Source: Balanoglossus misakiensis (Eukaryota > Animalia > Hemichordata). Taken from it: DNA of 64,000 nucleotides. This document shows positions 52,701-64,000 of this stretch, one piece after another (the stretch's first letter is position 1; every line of letters begins with the position of its first letter). The notes under the pieces are model-generated. The model was given only the letters and a program-made list of their open reading frames with translations. It did not search any database and had not been told where the DNA came from. Position numbers and translations under genes: made by a program. The stretch lies in assembly GCA_040954595.2 (NCBI GenBank), contig CM082577.2, positions 18,202,303-18,266,302 of the forward strand. The letters are read 5' to 3'.

Positions 52701-54259
52701 ATACGCAGATCTTGGATTAACTGTGTACAATGCATGACATATGATAAGGCAAATAACCCACCTACTGGAGTGTATTTTATTTGGTGTGTCCGGTGTGTTA
52801 TGACAGGTCAACGCAGTAGAGATTCTCAATCCATTTTACAGTCAAAATATCAACATAGGTTAATGATTTGCGTTGTTATACAAATATGGATAACCTCAGT
52901 TGGATTATATTCTTCGCAAACCCACCCGTGAAATCCAAATGTGCAATGAATATCACGATACACTTGTGATAACTGACATATGAATCACAACATAATAGTC
53001 TTGCTTTCAGTTACGAAATAGTTAGACTATTAAAACAATGAATGTTATACAATTGCAATATAAACGGTTTAAGAGCAAACTTTGACCTTGGTCATACAAT
53101 TGACATTATACTCTAGACATACAACTAAACATTTACAACATCATAGTATAATTATTCTAGTTTATTGAATTTGTAGCTTGAAACCTCTGCTGTCACAAAA
53201 TTTAAGGCTAAGTGCTAAGAATACGCCTTAAACTTTGGTTTCTGCTCAGATTTGTTCTTCAGTTATCAATTAATTTACAAATATACAAAATACAAAAGGG
53301 GAGAAGCTAGTCTTGGGGCGTTTGAATTGAACCGTGGCTCTTCGATTTTTATGGCGCTCCCTTGAACTCTTATTAGTGACGTGTCGGCCTATGATCTTAT
53401 CACAATCTTCACCTTCAACTGTCGAGGACATTACGTATTCAAATAAATCAAATATTTTATAAATCCCAGGTTACTTTCCAATGAAACTTTGATATTCTGA
53501 TATTGCTGCAGGGGAAGATATTCAGATTGGAAAAAATCTCAAGTCACTCACCAATGGCCCTCTGAAATCACCCCTCGTTTATATTGTTCGTATTGATGAA
53601 CACGGACTTATCACTTTTGGTTGGTGAGGATTCAGTCTGTTTTTAAAAAAATAGATCATAATATAACTTAAATATTTTCTAAAATCGCTTCCATTTCAAC
53701 GCTTCATATACCTAATAAGTTTATATTTCAAAAGACAACATAGTATGCCGGTTATTAAATGTATATTGGATTCTCTACGAATCAACATGAAAATTTGTCA
53801 CGAAAACTACTGCAAGTTTTCCATTTATATATGCTATAATCTCCCCATCCATCCAGGTTTACATTCATTATGTCGCAAAGATTTCTTAATCTTATAGAGT
53901 AATCAAACAACAACGAATGTTGTTCTCGAATGCCTATTTCACACAGACGTCCCTACGCTATAAGGTTATACGTATTCAGTTCATCAACTGCAGTGGTACT
54001 GACAGGGACCATTAAGTCTGACCTCACCTACAGCAATTTAGATAAATAAGCGTAATGAAGATTGTTAGAGCGGAGCGCTGATGAAACATATCCGGGGCCT
54101 GAGATGACTTTAAAGCCATGTAATGGTGTTCTGTACCAGATACACTTTGACTGTACGAAGATAATTAACTTCAGAACCCGATATCTTTGGAATTACTTGG
54201 GTACATTAGCACGATTACTTATTACGCTAACCCAGGTTGAAAACATCATTGACAACATC

Positions 54260-54546
54260 TAATGTGTGGAAATTCATCTACCTTCCACAAGTAAAACTTA
54301 AAAATAGAAACGTATTACATCACCAAATGGAATGGTGCAAGTGTTGTAACTTTGTCCTGCTCGGGGCAAATACTGAGCCAACGCCAAGAAAGATAAACGT
54401 GGGCAAAAACGATGATATGGTCAAAATTATACAAACAATGCCACCACGGACTGTGCTATACGGATGGTATACCGTGCTCTGCGGCGACGAGAAGAATATA
54501 CAAGTTCGTGGAAATCCTCCTGATCTTCCATATCGCTAGACTCCAT
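54260..54546 (-). pseudogene. Frameshifted paralogue of the 40180-40569 membrane protein gene
   Basis: Reads MESSDMEDQEDFHELVYSSRRRRAR, then after a frameshift GIVCIILTISSFLPTFIFLGVGSVFAP. The intact copy reads MDSSDSSALEDIHDISSSRRRRER..GIICLILSISSFLPAFIFLGVGSVLAP. It has a premature stop after the first helix. Confidence 0.8.
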
Positions 54547-54779
54547 GTTATGGTGCTAGCTGATTTGTGTTGGCTTCGTACTTTGCGATTGTCTTTCATA
54601 CAATAGTGATCAAAGATTACGACAATTTTTCATGTGCAAGAAAGATGTACCCCCTCACACGGCCACAGTCCCTACCTACGGGACATAGACTCAGTCAACC
54701 ATGTAATATCACGTCTTTTCTTATGTCTCGAGGTTCGGCCTCAGCCAATCAAGAGTACGGCATGCAGCCAATCCGCTTA

Positions 54780-54818
54780 AAATCAGATGTAGGGAACGCC
54801 GTTCCCTACATCTGATTT
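54780..54818. repeat. Perfect hairpin with 18-bp arms, possibly the centre of a ~200-bp MITE (54648-54849)
   Basis: aaatcagatgtagggaac-gcc-gttccctacatctgattt. Confidence 0.7.
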
Positions 54819-55550
54819 CAATCAGATTGGGTATGCAGCGTGAGGTGTAAGATTTTGCATTAGGGAGAACAGCTATATAGTGGTAGTTGTAACACGATCA
54901 TCAGACAAACCGTTTGGTGTGTATATTGGAGTGTATATAAGACACGCCAATGATTACAATGATATAGATTTCAAATTGCAGTAGAACTAGGGATATTACT
55001 GAGTACACCACCTAAGCAATATTTAGGACACATACTCTTGAATGGTTGATCATTTCAAAATTCGCACACAAAACATTCAATCGACGCTTGACAAATCAGA
55101 AAGAAATACTTGTACTACTGTAGCATTTGAAATTTATTTCTGCGTTTCCTCTGCGGAAAGGCAACATGTAAGCCTATGCATTTGTCGTTAATTGTCTCAC
55201 GGTGACTGCAACCAGATTCATTTAATGAGTTCAATTTCTTATTTGCTGCTGCAGGTGAAGCTATCATTTTACAATCGTTGCCTGCTTTTACCAACCCAAT
55301 TATTATTGATTTTGCTCTAATGAAGCAGTTGTAATGGTTTATCTGTTCTCGTCCCTATCGATTCCATTTGATGTCACCAAAGAATATTGATCGAGGTCAA
55401 ATTCTATTGGAAGTGAATCAGTCAATCCATTATTTTCGAAATCAGTTACATCTCAACTGAATTAAAGATAACCAAACCAAGCCTTCTGTACTAACTAAAT
55501 GCTTGTTTAGCAATGATAGGCGTCGTACGAAATCGATAGTCAACTAAGAA

Positions 55551-55948
55551 TATAGAAATAATGGACGACGCCCAAACCATTAGCGTTTTTTTATGGGCAA
55601 GGGCGAGGGGAAAGCCAAAAATTCATGGACGAGGCTTCCGAGCCCATGAACTTTGGCTTTCCTCGAGCCCGCGCCCATAAACCAACGTTAATGGTCAGGG
55701 CGGAGTCGGTTATTTCCATTATATTACCAACGAAGTCAAGAAAACCGTCAAAATTTACGAAAATGTCCCACTAGGGGCCCCGGAACTTGTGTTACGCAAA
55801 ATGTTGTATTCACTGAACTGTTTGCTATTATTACTATTCAGATTTACGGGCATGTAAACAAACCATTACTGAGTATTTGTGGTCAGTGACATCGTTCATC
55901 TCGACCAATCAAAATGCGACTCACAGGCCATGGTAATATAATAGAAAT
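55551..55948. mobile_element. Second long-palindrome / subterminal-IR element (Crypton-like architecture)
   Basis: Imperfect palindrome at 55555-55716. attatattacca (55718-55729) is inverted at 55931-55942. The short direct repeat atagaaat occurs at both ends. Confidence 0.55.
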
Positions 55949-56273
55949 TCATCGTCAGTTATAATTGCATGTTTTTTCCTTTCTGTATTTCTCATGTGCA
56001 ATACATGGTCAGAGACATGACTCAAGGAAAATCAGTGCGTTGCTGATGTCGGCTACTCTGTTTTCCGGTAATTAATTTTGTGTGTTTCAGTACTAGGCCT
56101 AATACACATACGGAGACAAGGGCGGCGACGTTCATCAACAGGCATTGAAGCAAAACTGGTTATAGATCGGTAGAGACAGAATGACAACTACGAGAAGAAG
56201 GCAGAGAGAAGGTCAGAGAGAAGAGACGGAAATATAGCTGCAAGCAGCGATGACGGGCACAAGCTTAAACCGA

Positions 56274-58310
56274 AGGTCAAAGGTCATATGTGGTCACCCA
56301 AAATTTGGGCAAAAAGTTTTGACCCCATACTAGTCCAGGTCCAACAGAAACCAGACCTCTAGCCCTATTGGTTTGTCTGAAATTAGATATGCGCATAACT
56401 AATGATGTAAAGTGTAAGACTCCATTAATAGTTCGATCCATCCAAACGCAAATGCTGTACCTATTCTGGATGCCCAGATATACGAAAGTAGGTCAAAGGT
56501 CACCTGAGGCCACCCGAAAGTTCGGCAAAAATGTTTGACCCCATACTAGTCCAGGTCCAACAAAAACCAGACCTCTAGCCCTATTGGTTCGCCTAGAATT
56601 AGATATGCACATAATTAATGAGGTAAAGTATAAGGCTCCATTAGCAGTTCGTGTTAAGTCTAAAATAAGACATCGATTCTTCGCGGAAAGCGCATGCGCA
56701 ATAGTACATATTAATATTAATTAGCTAATGCGGAAGTTTCTACGCAGAGTTATGTTTGGCTGTTTTCGGTCCTCATTTAAAGCCCATATGCCGTTCATTC
56801 GACTATGTTCGGATGTAACATCATCTGGAGAGGTCAGTGGACACAATGGCGGAGTTTGAGCGAGATAAATTCAAAACTTTGCCAGCTACGATCGATCGAA
56901 TTTTTGGTTGTTGTGGACGCTGATGTCAGCATATTTTGCTGCCTGACCAACAAGTAATACCACGTTTTCTTGGTGCTTCTTTTGTATAATTGTACTCGTT
57001 CAACCGGCGTTTTTTTTCAATTTTCTGACGAACAAGAAAGTAATCTTTCCATTGATGTATGACACGTGGTAACTGGTCATTGGGGAAAAATGGGGAAAAC
57101 TTTTTAAAATTCCTTAGTCTTGTTGATCGTGACATGCATGTCAGTAATGAACCTCGTATGTGTAGTTCAGCTTATTTGACGTTACGTTCATAGGGTACGC
57201 TATCAATCACACTCTTATCTGGCTGGTGAGACAAGCACACGACCAACTTTAACTTTAGCAAAAGCGAAGGAACAACGAACTATACGCTAAAATGTGTCTC
57301 AAATTGACGAAATCGTTTATCTGGTTATATATAATGCGAATGACATTTTACACGAGTTAGAATGCTATCGAAATACGGAAATGGTTCGATTGCTTGGTCT
57401 GTTCAACGGTCAACACAAGTAAGCGCCAAGTGACATGCCAATGCCATTGCATGCCGCGTACTTACTTAAAATCTATACGTTTTTGCTAATGCTAATTTTT
57501 GCTAAAACATTAGTTTTTGCTAATGTCCAACACGTAAACTAAATTTAGGAGGCCAAACTGATAAATAGAAATAATACAGTTGATGGTCGATCCATTCCGA
57601 CAGACCGAGAACAGAAACAATCGACACAATGATGAGGAGCGTGGCCAGTTTTTGATGTGTACGTACATGGGAATTACGAACATGGTACGAGGAACTCCCT
57701 TTGACCTTTTATGACCTGACCAAATTCCATGTCCAGGCCTGTTCTGCACTTGCGCAGTAGCATTGCATTGCATTGCGAATGCGCAGAAAAGATGTCTTAT
57801 TTTAGACTGAACACGAACTGATTAGGAGTTCCATGCCTCCAAATGCCAAGGCTGTATCTGCACTTGTTGCCGAGATATGGTAAAGTAGGTCAAAGGTCAC
57901 CTGAGGTCACCCAAAATTGGGCAAGAAATTTTAACCCCATACTGGTCCATGTTCAACAAAAATCAAACCTCTAACCCTATTGGCTAGCCTGGAATTAGGT
58001 ATGTACATAATTAATGAGATATGCAGGTGTCACAGGTGACCCCAAATTTTGGCTTTTCAATTTTAGTCACAACCCTCCAAACGCCAAGTCTGTACCTGCT
58101 GTGGATGCGGAGATATAGGAAAGTAGGTCAAAGGTCACCTGAGGTCACCCAAAATTTGGGCAAACATTTTTGATCCCATACTGGTCCATGTCCCACAAGA
58201 ACAAAACCTCCAGCCATATTAGTTAGCCTGGAATTAGGTATGCACATATTTAATGAGTTAAGCAAGTGTTACAGGTGAGCCCAAAATTTTGCCTTTTATT
58301 GTGGTCCCAT
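56274..58310 (-). repeat. Degenerate modules of the HINE-like family, split by a TIR element
   Basis: Repeated aggtcaaaggtcacctgaggtcaccc..gaccccatact modules homologous to 27200-27900. Confidence 0.8.
56645..57820. mobile_element. Non-autonomous TIR DNA transposon, CAG...CTG ends, 5-bp TSD
   Basis: 30-bp TIR cagttcgtgttaagtctaaaataagacatc (29/30 match at the right end). TSD attag at 56640-56644 and 57821-57825. No transposase ORF. Confidence 0.9.
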
Positions 58311-59296
58311 TCTGCTCACGGGCCAATAGAGAGACACTGTACAGGACCATTGCACAGTCGACATGGACATAGCGTCAAAGCTTAAAGCCACAGTATTTCT
58401 CGTAGGGGCAAAATTTTGTTTGAAACGGCATCTATAATTTCTAAAAGTAGATGATAATTGATACTGAATCGAACAGTCATCATCCCCAGCTCTGCTGATA
58501 AACTCATACAATTTACAATATAACGAGTGAAGAATGACTTTCTGTCCGGACAGAAAGTCACGTGAGTCAGGCTAATGTTGACACAGGTGACTAGTGCGCA
58601 TGCGCACTCAAATGTGAATCTATGCGGAAGAGGTTTGGTCGCCCCAAATCAAGCGACTCAGCGAAGAAATGCGCACTAATTCGGCGAAATTTTGGGAAGA
58701 TAACTTAATGGGAGAAATCAGTCGATGGAACCAGATCAAATCCGAAAATGGTCTGACCATCAAAATGTCAAAGTGGCACGTTTGCTGATCGACATGTACA
58801 ACATTTCCGTTGTAAACAAACCCGCGCATCATTTCAAGTGTTACGGGCGATATTTTCGGCTTGCATGTAGCTACAATTGCCCAAACCTTTCTTACATCTT
58901 CATTATATAGTATTCCATGATGGATGAACTGGTAAAACGGGCTTTTTCGATGATGAAAAATGGATGCACACGAGAAATACTGGGGCTTTAAAGTATAGGC
59001 CTATGGCTGGGTCCAAAAATATGAAAAATAAAAACGTCTTCTTCTCAAAATAGACTTGGCCTACGGCCTTGACATTTGGCATGTAGGACACTGACCACAT
59101 GGTCCGCAAAAATTGCTAAAAGAATTTTGATATCTCCATTCATATGCAAATTAGGCCCATTTTTTATTAAACATTCACAAAGGTACTGCACCAGCTCCCA
59201 TAGGGCTGCATCACTGTGCCAAGTTTTAGATTTGTAGGTTCAGCCGTTTTTCAAGATCTACCTAAACAAAAAAACTACACAAGAAAAAAAAAGATG

Positions 59297-62200
59297 ATTA
59301 AAGCTGCAAGCAGCATTGTCGGGGTCCAAGCGCTGATCCGGTATTATATATGCACAGTATGAATGAGAAGAAACAGAATGCTCTATCAGACGTTTTATCT
59401 CATGACATAACAAGGACGTATGTATTTTTGCTGCTGAAATAGAGAAAAGTAGTTCAAAGGTCACCTGAGGTCTCCCAAAATCTGGGCAATTTTTTTTTGT
59501 ACCCCATACTGGTCCTGTCCAACAAAAACCAAAACTCTAACTCTATTGGTTCGCCTGTAATAAGCTATGCACATAATTAATAATGTCAGCAGAGGTCAAA
59601 GGGGTCATGGAAAGTAGCAAAATATTTTGATCACACACATGCATCAAAAACCAAACGTCTATCCCTATAGGTTAGCCTGGAATTAGATATGCAGAAATTA
59701 TAACGTGATAGGTAGGTCAAAGGTCATGTGAAAAATCGCCAACAAATTGTAACATATTTTAGTCACATGAGGATTGATATCCATAAATAGAATTTGTATG
59801 CTATCCATTTTTAGACTAGAAAAAGGAATGTCAATTTTTCACTGCTTTTTACAAAATCCAATATGGCCGCCATAATCTTCGACCAATCACAATGCTCTTT
59901 GCAAACTTGATATACATCAGTGAAGTGACCATACTCCCCGAATCTTGCGACTCAGTTATCGCTCGTTCTGGAGAAGAAGATTTTTGGAGTTTTACTATGG
60001 TTTTTCGAAAATCCAATATGGCCGCCATAATCTTCGACCAATCACAATGATCTTCGCAAACTTGATAAACATCACTTAGGTGACCACATACTCCAAACCG
60101 CGTGACTCAGTTATCGCCGGTTCTGGAGAAGAAGATTTTTGAAATTTTGACCAGATTTCAGAAAAACAACTGTAGCAAAAAAACTGCAACATTGAGAGCA
60201 AAATATCCAATTACAAAAATGATGGGCAGAAGGTACACTACCAGCACGCCAAATCTGAAGTCAATCAGACTTGTAGTTTCTGAGATTTGAGATTTGAATT
60301 TTTTCAGAAAATCCAATATGGCCGCCATGTCACGTGACTAATTAAAAATTCAAGGGTTCAATGCACGACTACTCATTGACCTTGACCACTGTAGCAAGTT
60401 TGAGAACTGTACCTGCAGCAGTGTATGAGATCTAGAGCGACAAAGAATGGAACCAAGAATCAAGAAAGAATTAAAGCTGCAAGCAGCATTGTCCGGGCCC
60501 AAGCACTATTATCTGATCTGATTATTAGATATGTACATAATTAATGAGTAGAAACATAATGCTGTGTTTTATCCCATGAAATATCAAGTTTATATCTATG
60601 TTTGGTGTTGATATAGTGTTAAGTTGATCAAAGGTCACCCAGAGGTCACCCACAATTTGGGCAGAAAATTTTGACCCATAGTGGTCCATGTCCAACAAAA
60701 ACCAGATCTCTAGCCCTTTTGGTTAGCCCGGAATTAGGTATGCACATAAATAATGAGTTAAGCAGGAGTCACAGGTGACCAAAAACTTTGGCTTTTCATT
60801 ATGGCCCCATACCTCCAAACGCCAAGGCTGTATCTGCTGTGGATGTCAAGATATGCAAAAGTAGGTCAAAGGTCACCCGAGGTCACCCAACATTTGGGCA
60901 AAATATTTTGACCCCATACTGGTCCATGTATAACAAAAACAAAACCTCTAGGTCTATTGGTTCATCTGTAATTAGGTATGTGCATATTTAATGAGGTCAG
61001 CAGAGGTCAAAGGGGTCATGAAAAGTATCAAAAGTTTTTGATCACATACAAATCCACATACATCAAAAACCAAACTTATAGCCCTATTGCTTAGCCTGGA
61101 ATTAGATATGCAGAAAAATGATGCGTCAAAAGTAGGTCAAAGGTCATTGCCAAAATTACCAAAATATTTATAGCTTATTCTTGTTATATGATGATTCATA
61201 TCCATAAAAAGAATTTCTGTGCTATCAATTTTTAGGCCAGAAAGGGAATTTTTACTTTTTAATCGTTTTTCACAAAATCCAATATGGCCGCCATAATCTT
61301 CGACCAATCACATTCTTCTTAGCAAACTTGATAGACATCTGTTTAATGACTACACACACTAAATCTTGTGACTCGGTTATCGCCGGTTCTTGAGAAGAAG
61401 ATTTTTGAAATTTTATTAGGGTTTTTCGAAAATCCAATATGGCCGCCAAAATCTTCGACCAATCACAATGATCTTCGCTAACTTGATAGATAACAGTTAG
61501 GTGACCACATACACCAAACCCTGTGTGTCGGTTATCACCGGTTCTGGAGAAGAAGATTTTTGAAATTTAAGCCAGATTTCAGAAAAAAAATTCTAGCAAA
61601 AAACTGCAACTTTGTCAGCATAATTTCCAATTACAAAAATGATGGGCAGAAGGTAGTCTACCAGCATGCCAAATTTAAAGTCGATCTGACTTGTAGTTTC
61701 AGAGATCTGAGATTTGCATTTTTTCAGAAAATCCAAGATGGCCGCCAGGTCACGTGACTAATTAAAAATTCAAGGGTTCAATGCACGACTACTCATTGAC
61801 CTTGACCACTGTAGCAAGTTTCAGAAGTGTACCTGCAGCGGTGTCTGAGATCTCGTGGGTCAAAGAATTGACACAAGAATAAAGAAAGAAAGAAAGTAAA
61901 ATTCCAACGAAACCAATACGGGGCCAAGCCTGGCTTGGCTTGGGCCCGTAAAAATTCCAACGAAACCAATACGGGCCCAAGCCTGGCTTGGCTTGGGCCC
62001 GTAATTAAAGCTGCAAGCAGCATTGTCCGGGCCCAAGCTCTATTATCTGATCTGATTATTAGATATGCACATAATTAATGAGTAGAAACATAATGCTGTG
62101 TTTTATCCCATGAAATATCAAGGTTATATCTATGTTTGGTGTTGATATAGTGTTAAGTAGGTCAAAGGTCACCCAGAGGTCACCCAAAATTTTGCAGAAA

Positions 62201-62840
62201 ATTTTGACCCATATAGGTCCATGTTCAACAAAAACCAGACCTCTAGCCCATTTGGTTAGCCCGGAATTAGGTATGCACATAATTAATGAGTTAAGCAGGT
62301 GTCACAGGTGACCAAAAACTTTGGTTTTTCATTATGGCCCCATACCTCCAAACGCCATGGCTGTATCTGCTGTAGATGTCGACATATGCAAAAGTAGGTC
62401 AAAGGTCACCCGAGGTCACCCAACATTTGGGCAAAATATTTTGACCCCATACTGGTCCATGTATAACAAAAACAAAACCTCTAGGTCTATTGGTTCATCT
62501 GTAATTAGGTATGTGCATATTTAATGAGGTCAGCAGAGGTCAAAGGGGTCATGAAAAGTAGCAAAATTTTTTGATCACATACAAATCCACACACATCAAA
62601 AACCAAACTTATAGCCCTATAGGTTAGCCTGGAATTAGATGTGCAGAAAAAAACGATGTGTCAAAAGTAGGTCAAAGGTCATTGCCAAAATTGCCAAAAT
62701 ATTTGGGGTAGGTCCTGGCAGGGGTGATACCAATGTGCACAAAAATCAGAACTCTGGTACATTTAGAACAGGTAGTATGAGCTATATATGCATATATGCA
62801 GGTTCTTAAACAAGTAGGTCAAAGGTCATGTGAAAATTGT
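59297..62840 (-). mobile_element. Helentron/HINE-like array, same family as 26122-29193 (2 heads, 3 tails)
   Basis: Tails at 59297-59331, 60470-60504 and 62004-62038. Two tandem heads at ~61903-62003. Bodies are homologous to 26285-29190. Confidence 0.82.
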
Positions 62841-64000
62841 TATCATTATTTTATAGAAAATTAATGTCTTTTAAAAAATACGTAAGTAACACAAAAAACT
62901 GGTGGTTCAAAAGACAACGAGTGTAAATGTAATCCGTCGTGGAGTAAAAAAAAACCTTACACACAGAAGAAAATATCACCTATTGTCAAAAAACACACAC
63001 CAAGCTTACCAAAATCACGCCCATAAGGCAGTTGCACAAAACAAATCACTCATTTAATTAATGCTAATTATTTTCCGACAATTAGCAACGCCCGAGTCAT
63101 TGCTCCGGCCTATCAGTAGTATGTCGCGTAAGGTGATTGACTTTAACGACGTCAGCGTCAAGACCATGTGGTGACCTCGTTGCTGTGACATTGCATTTTG
63201 AGTTCTATTGACATGCAGATCAGACCAAGACTGCATGGCCAGACCCAGTGTGAGAGTCTATCTAAAACCCACTGGGTATGGAGACCAGGCTACCAGGAAA
63301 CATGAAATTTGTAGCATAATCATCTGTGTTGTAAGACAAATCTTAACCCCAAACGGCATAACTGAACGTAGCCCGTAACATAAGAGTTGGCATGGTGCCA
63401 ACAACTTTCTTGTTCAGTACTAGCGAACTATGCAAACAATCAGTTCAGTTTAGACAACTTATAAATAAGAAAAACATTTATTTTATTTATAACCTGTTTG
63501 TTATTTGTTGTATTTTTCAATGTGAGGTATGAATGACCTTCGGGAAATCGTTGTCATGTGGTATATATTATGCACCGCAAATCGTGTGTTTACATTCGGC
63601 AGGTAAAATGTCAAATACACCAAAGGAGTCGCTCAGTCATAGATTGTCTCCGCGTCATCCACGTTGGAACTCTGTGTACTGTACAAAATAATATGGAAAG
63701 TTACTGTACGTTTCAGCGTAACAGGTTACAGCAGGAGTTGTATAATAATGACAGTTGTTACACGAAACGCTTCGGTCATTTTGACGGTATCATGTATTTG
63801 TGGTCCTGAACGAGTGCCTTCACTTCCTTCACGAAAGAATCCCACAATGGCAGCCATATATTCGCGTCCACCACAGTAACCTTCAGCCGACTCGACTCCG
63901 TACGACCCAAACTCGACTACTCTAGCAAGATCTCTCACTTTTTTTTCAGCTAGGATTTTTTACTGTTTTTGTGGCGCATGCGCACTTTCCCCCCTATTTC

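Noticed and set aside
42000-53200. Many 60-107 aa ORFs in AT-rich unique sequence
   Set aside because: No recognisable domains or consistent exon chain. Small exons of a spliced gene cannot be excluded without RNA data.
53202-53231. ttaaggc...gccttaa mini inverted repeat
   Set aside because: Too short to distinguish from chance, although it is compatible with a collapsed TTAA element.
56645-57820. Possible ProtoRAG/RSS-like element because of the 5-bp TSD
   Set aside because: It has no CAC(A/T)-type heptamer start, no nonamer-like spacing, and no RAG1/RAG2-like coding remnant that I can see.

Overview
Eukaryotic, AT-rich, repeat-dense genomic DNA. The transposon families suggest a marine invertebrate, but that is inference. 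It is not prokaryotic: no operons, rRNA, tRNA or CRISPR were seen. The first 32 kb is mostly nested transposons. It holds an RT-deleted DIRS1-type tyrosine-recombinase (YR) retrotransposon with intact ITR/ICR ends and an open gag, Gypsy fragments and a LINE remnant. It also holds an RT-deleted Ngaro-like element carrying three insertions with readable target-site duplications (TSDs), and a TSD-flanked RTE-X-like LINE split by a 3-kb Helentron/HINE-like array. That HINE-like family recurs at 56-63 kb. It shows stacked 5' heads followed by successive body+tail units, which suggests insertion into itself, and it carries about 20 AGGTCA DR1(+DR4/DR5) nuclear-receptor-like motifs. The only plausible host gene is a ~129-aa two-transmembrane ORF (40180-40569, minus strand) with a frameshifted paralogue 14 kb away. 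Coordinates were read by eye and may be off by a few bases. Family names come from motif and structure recognition, not database searches.
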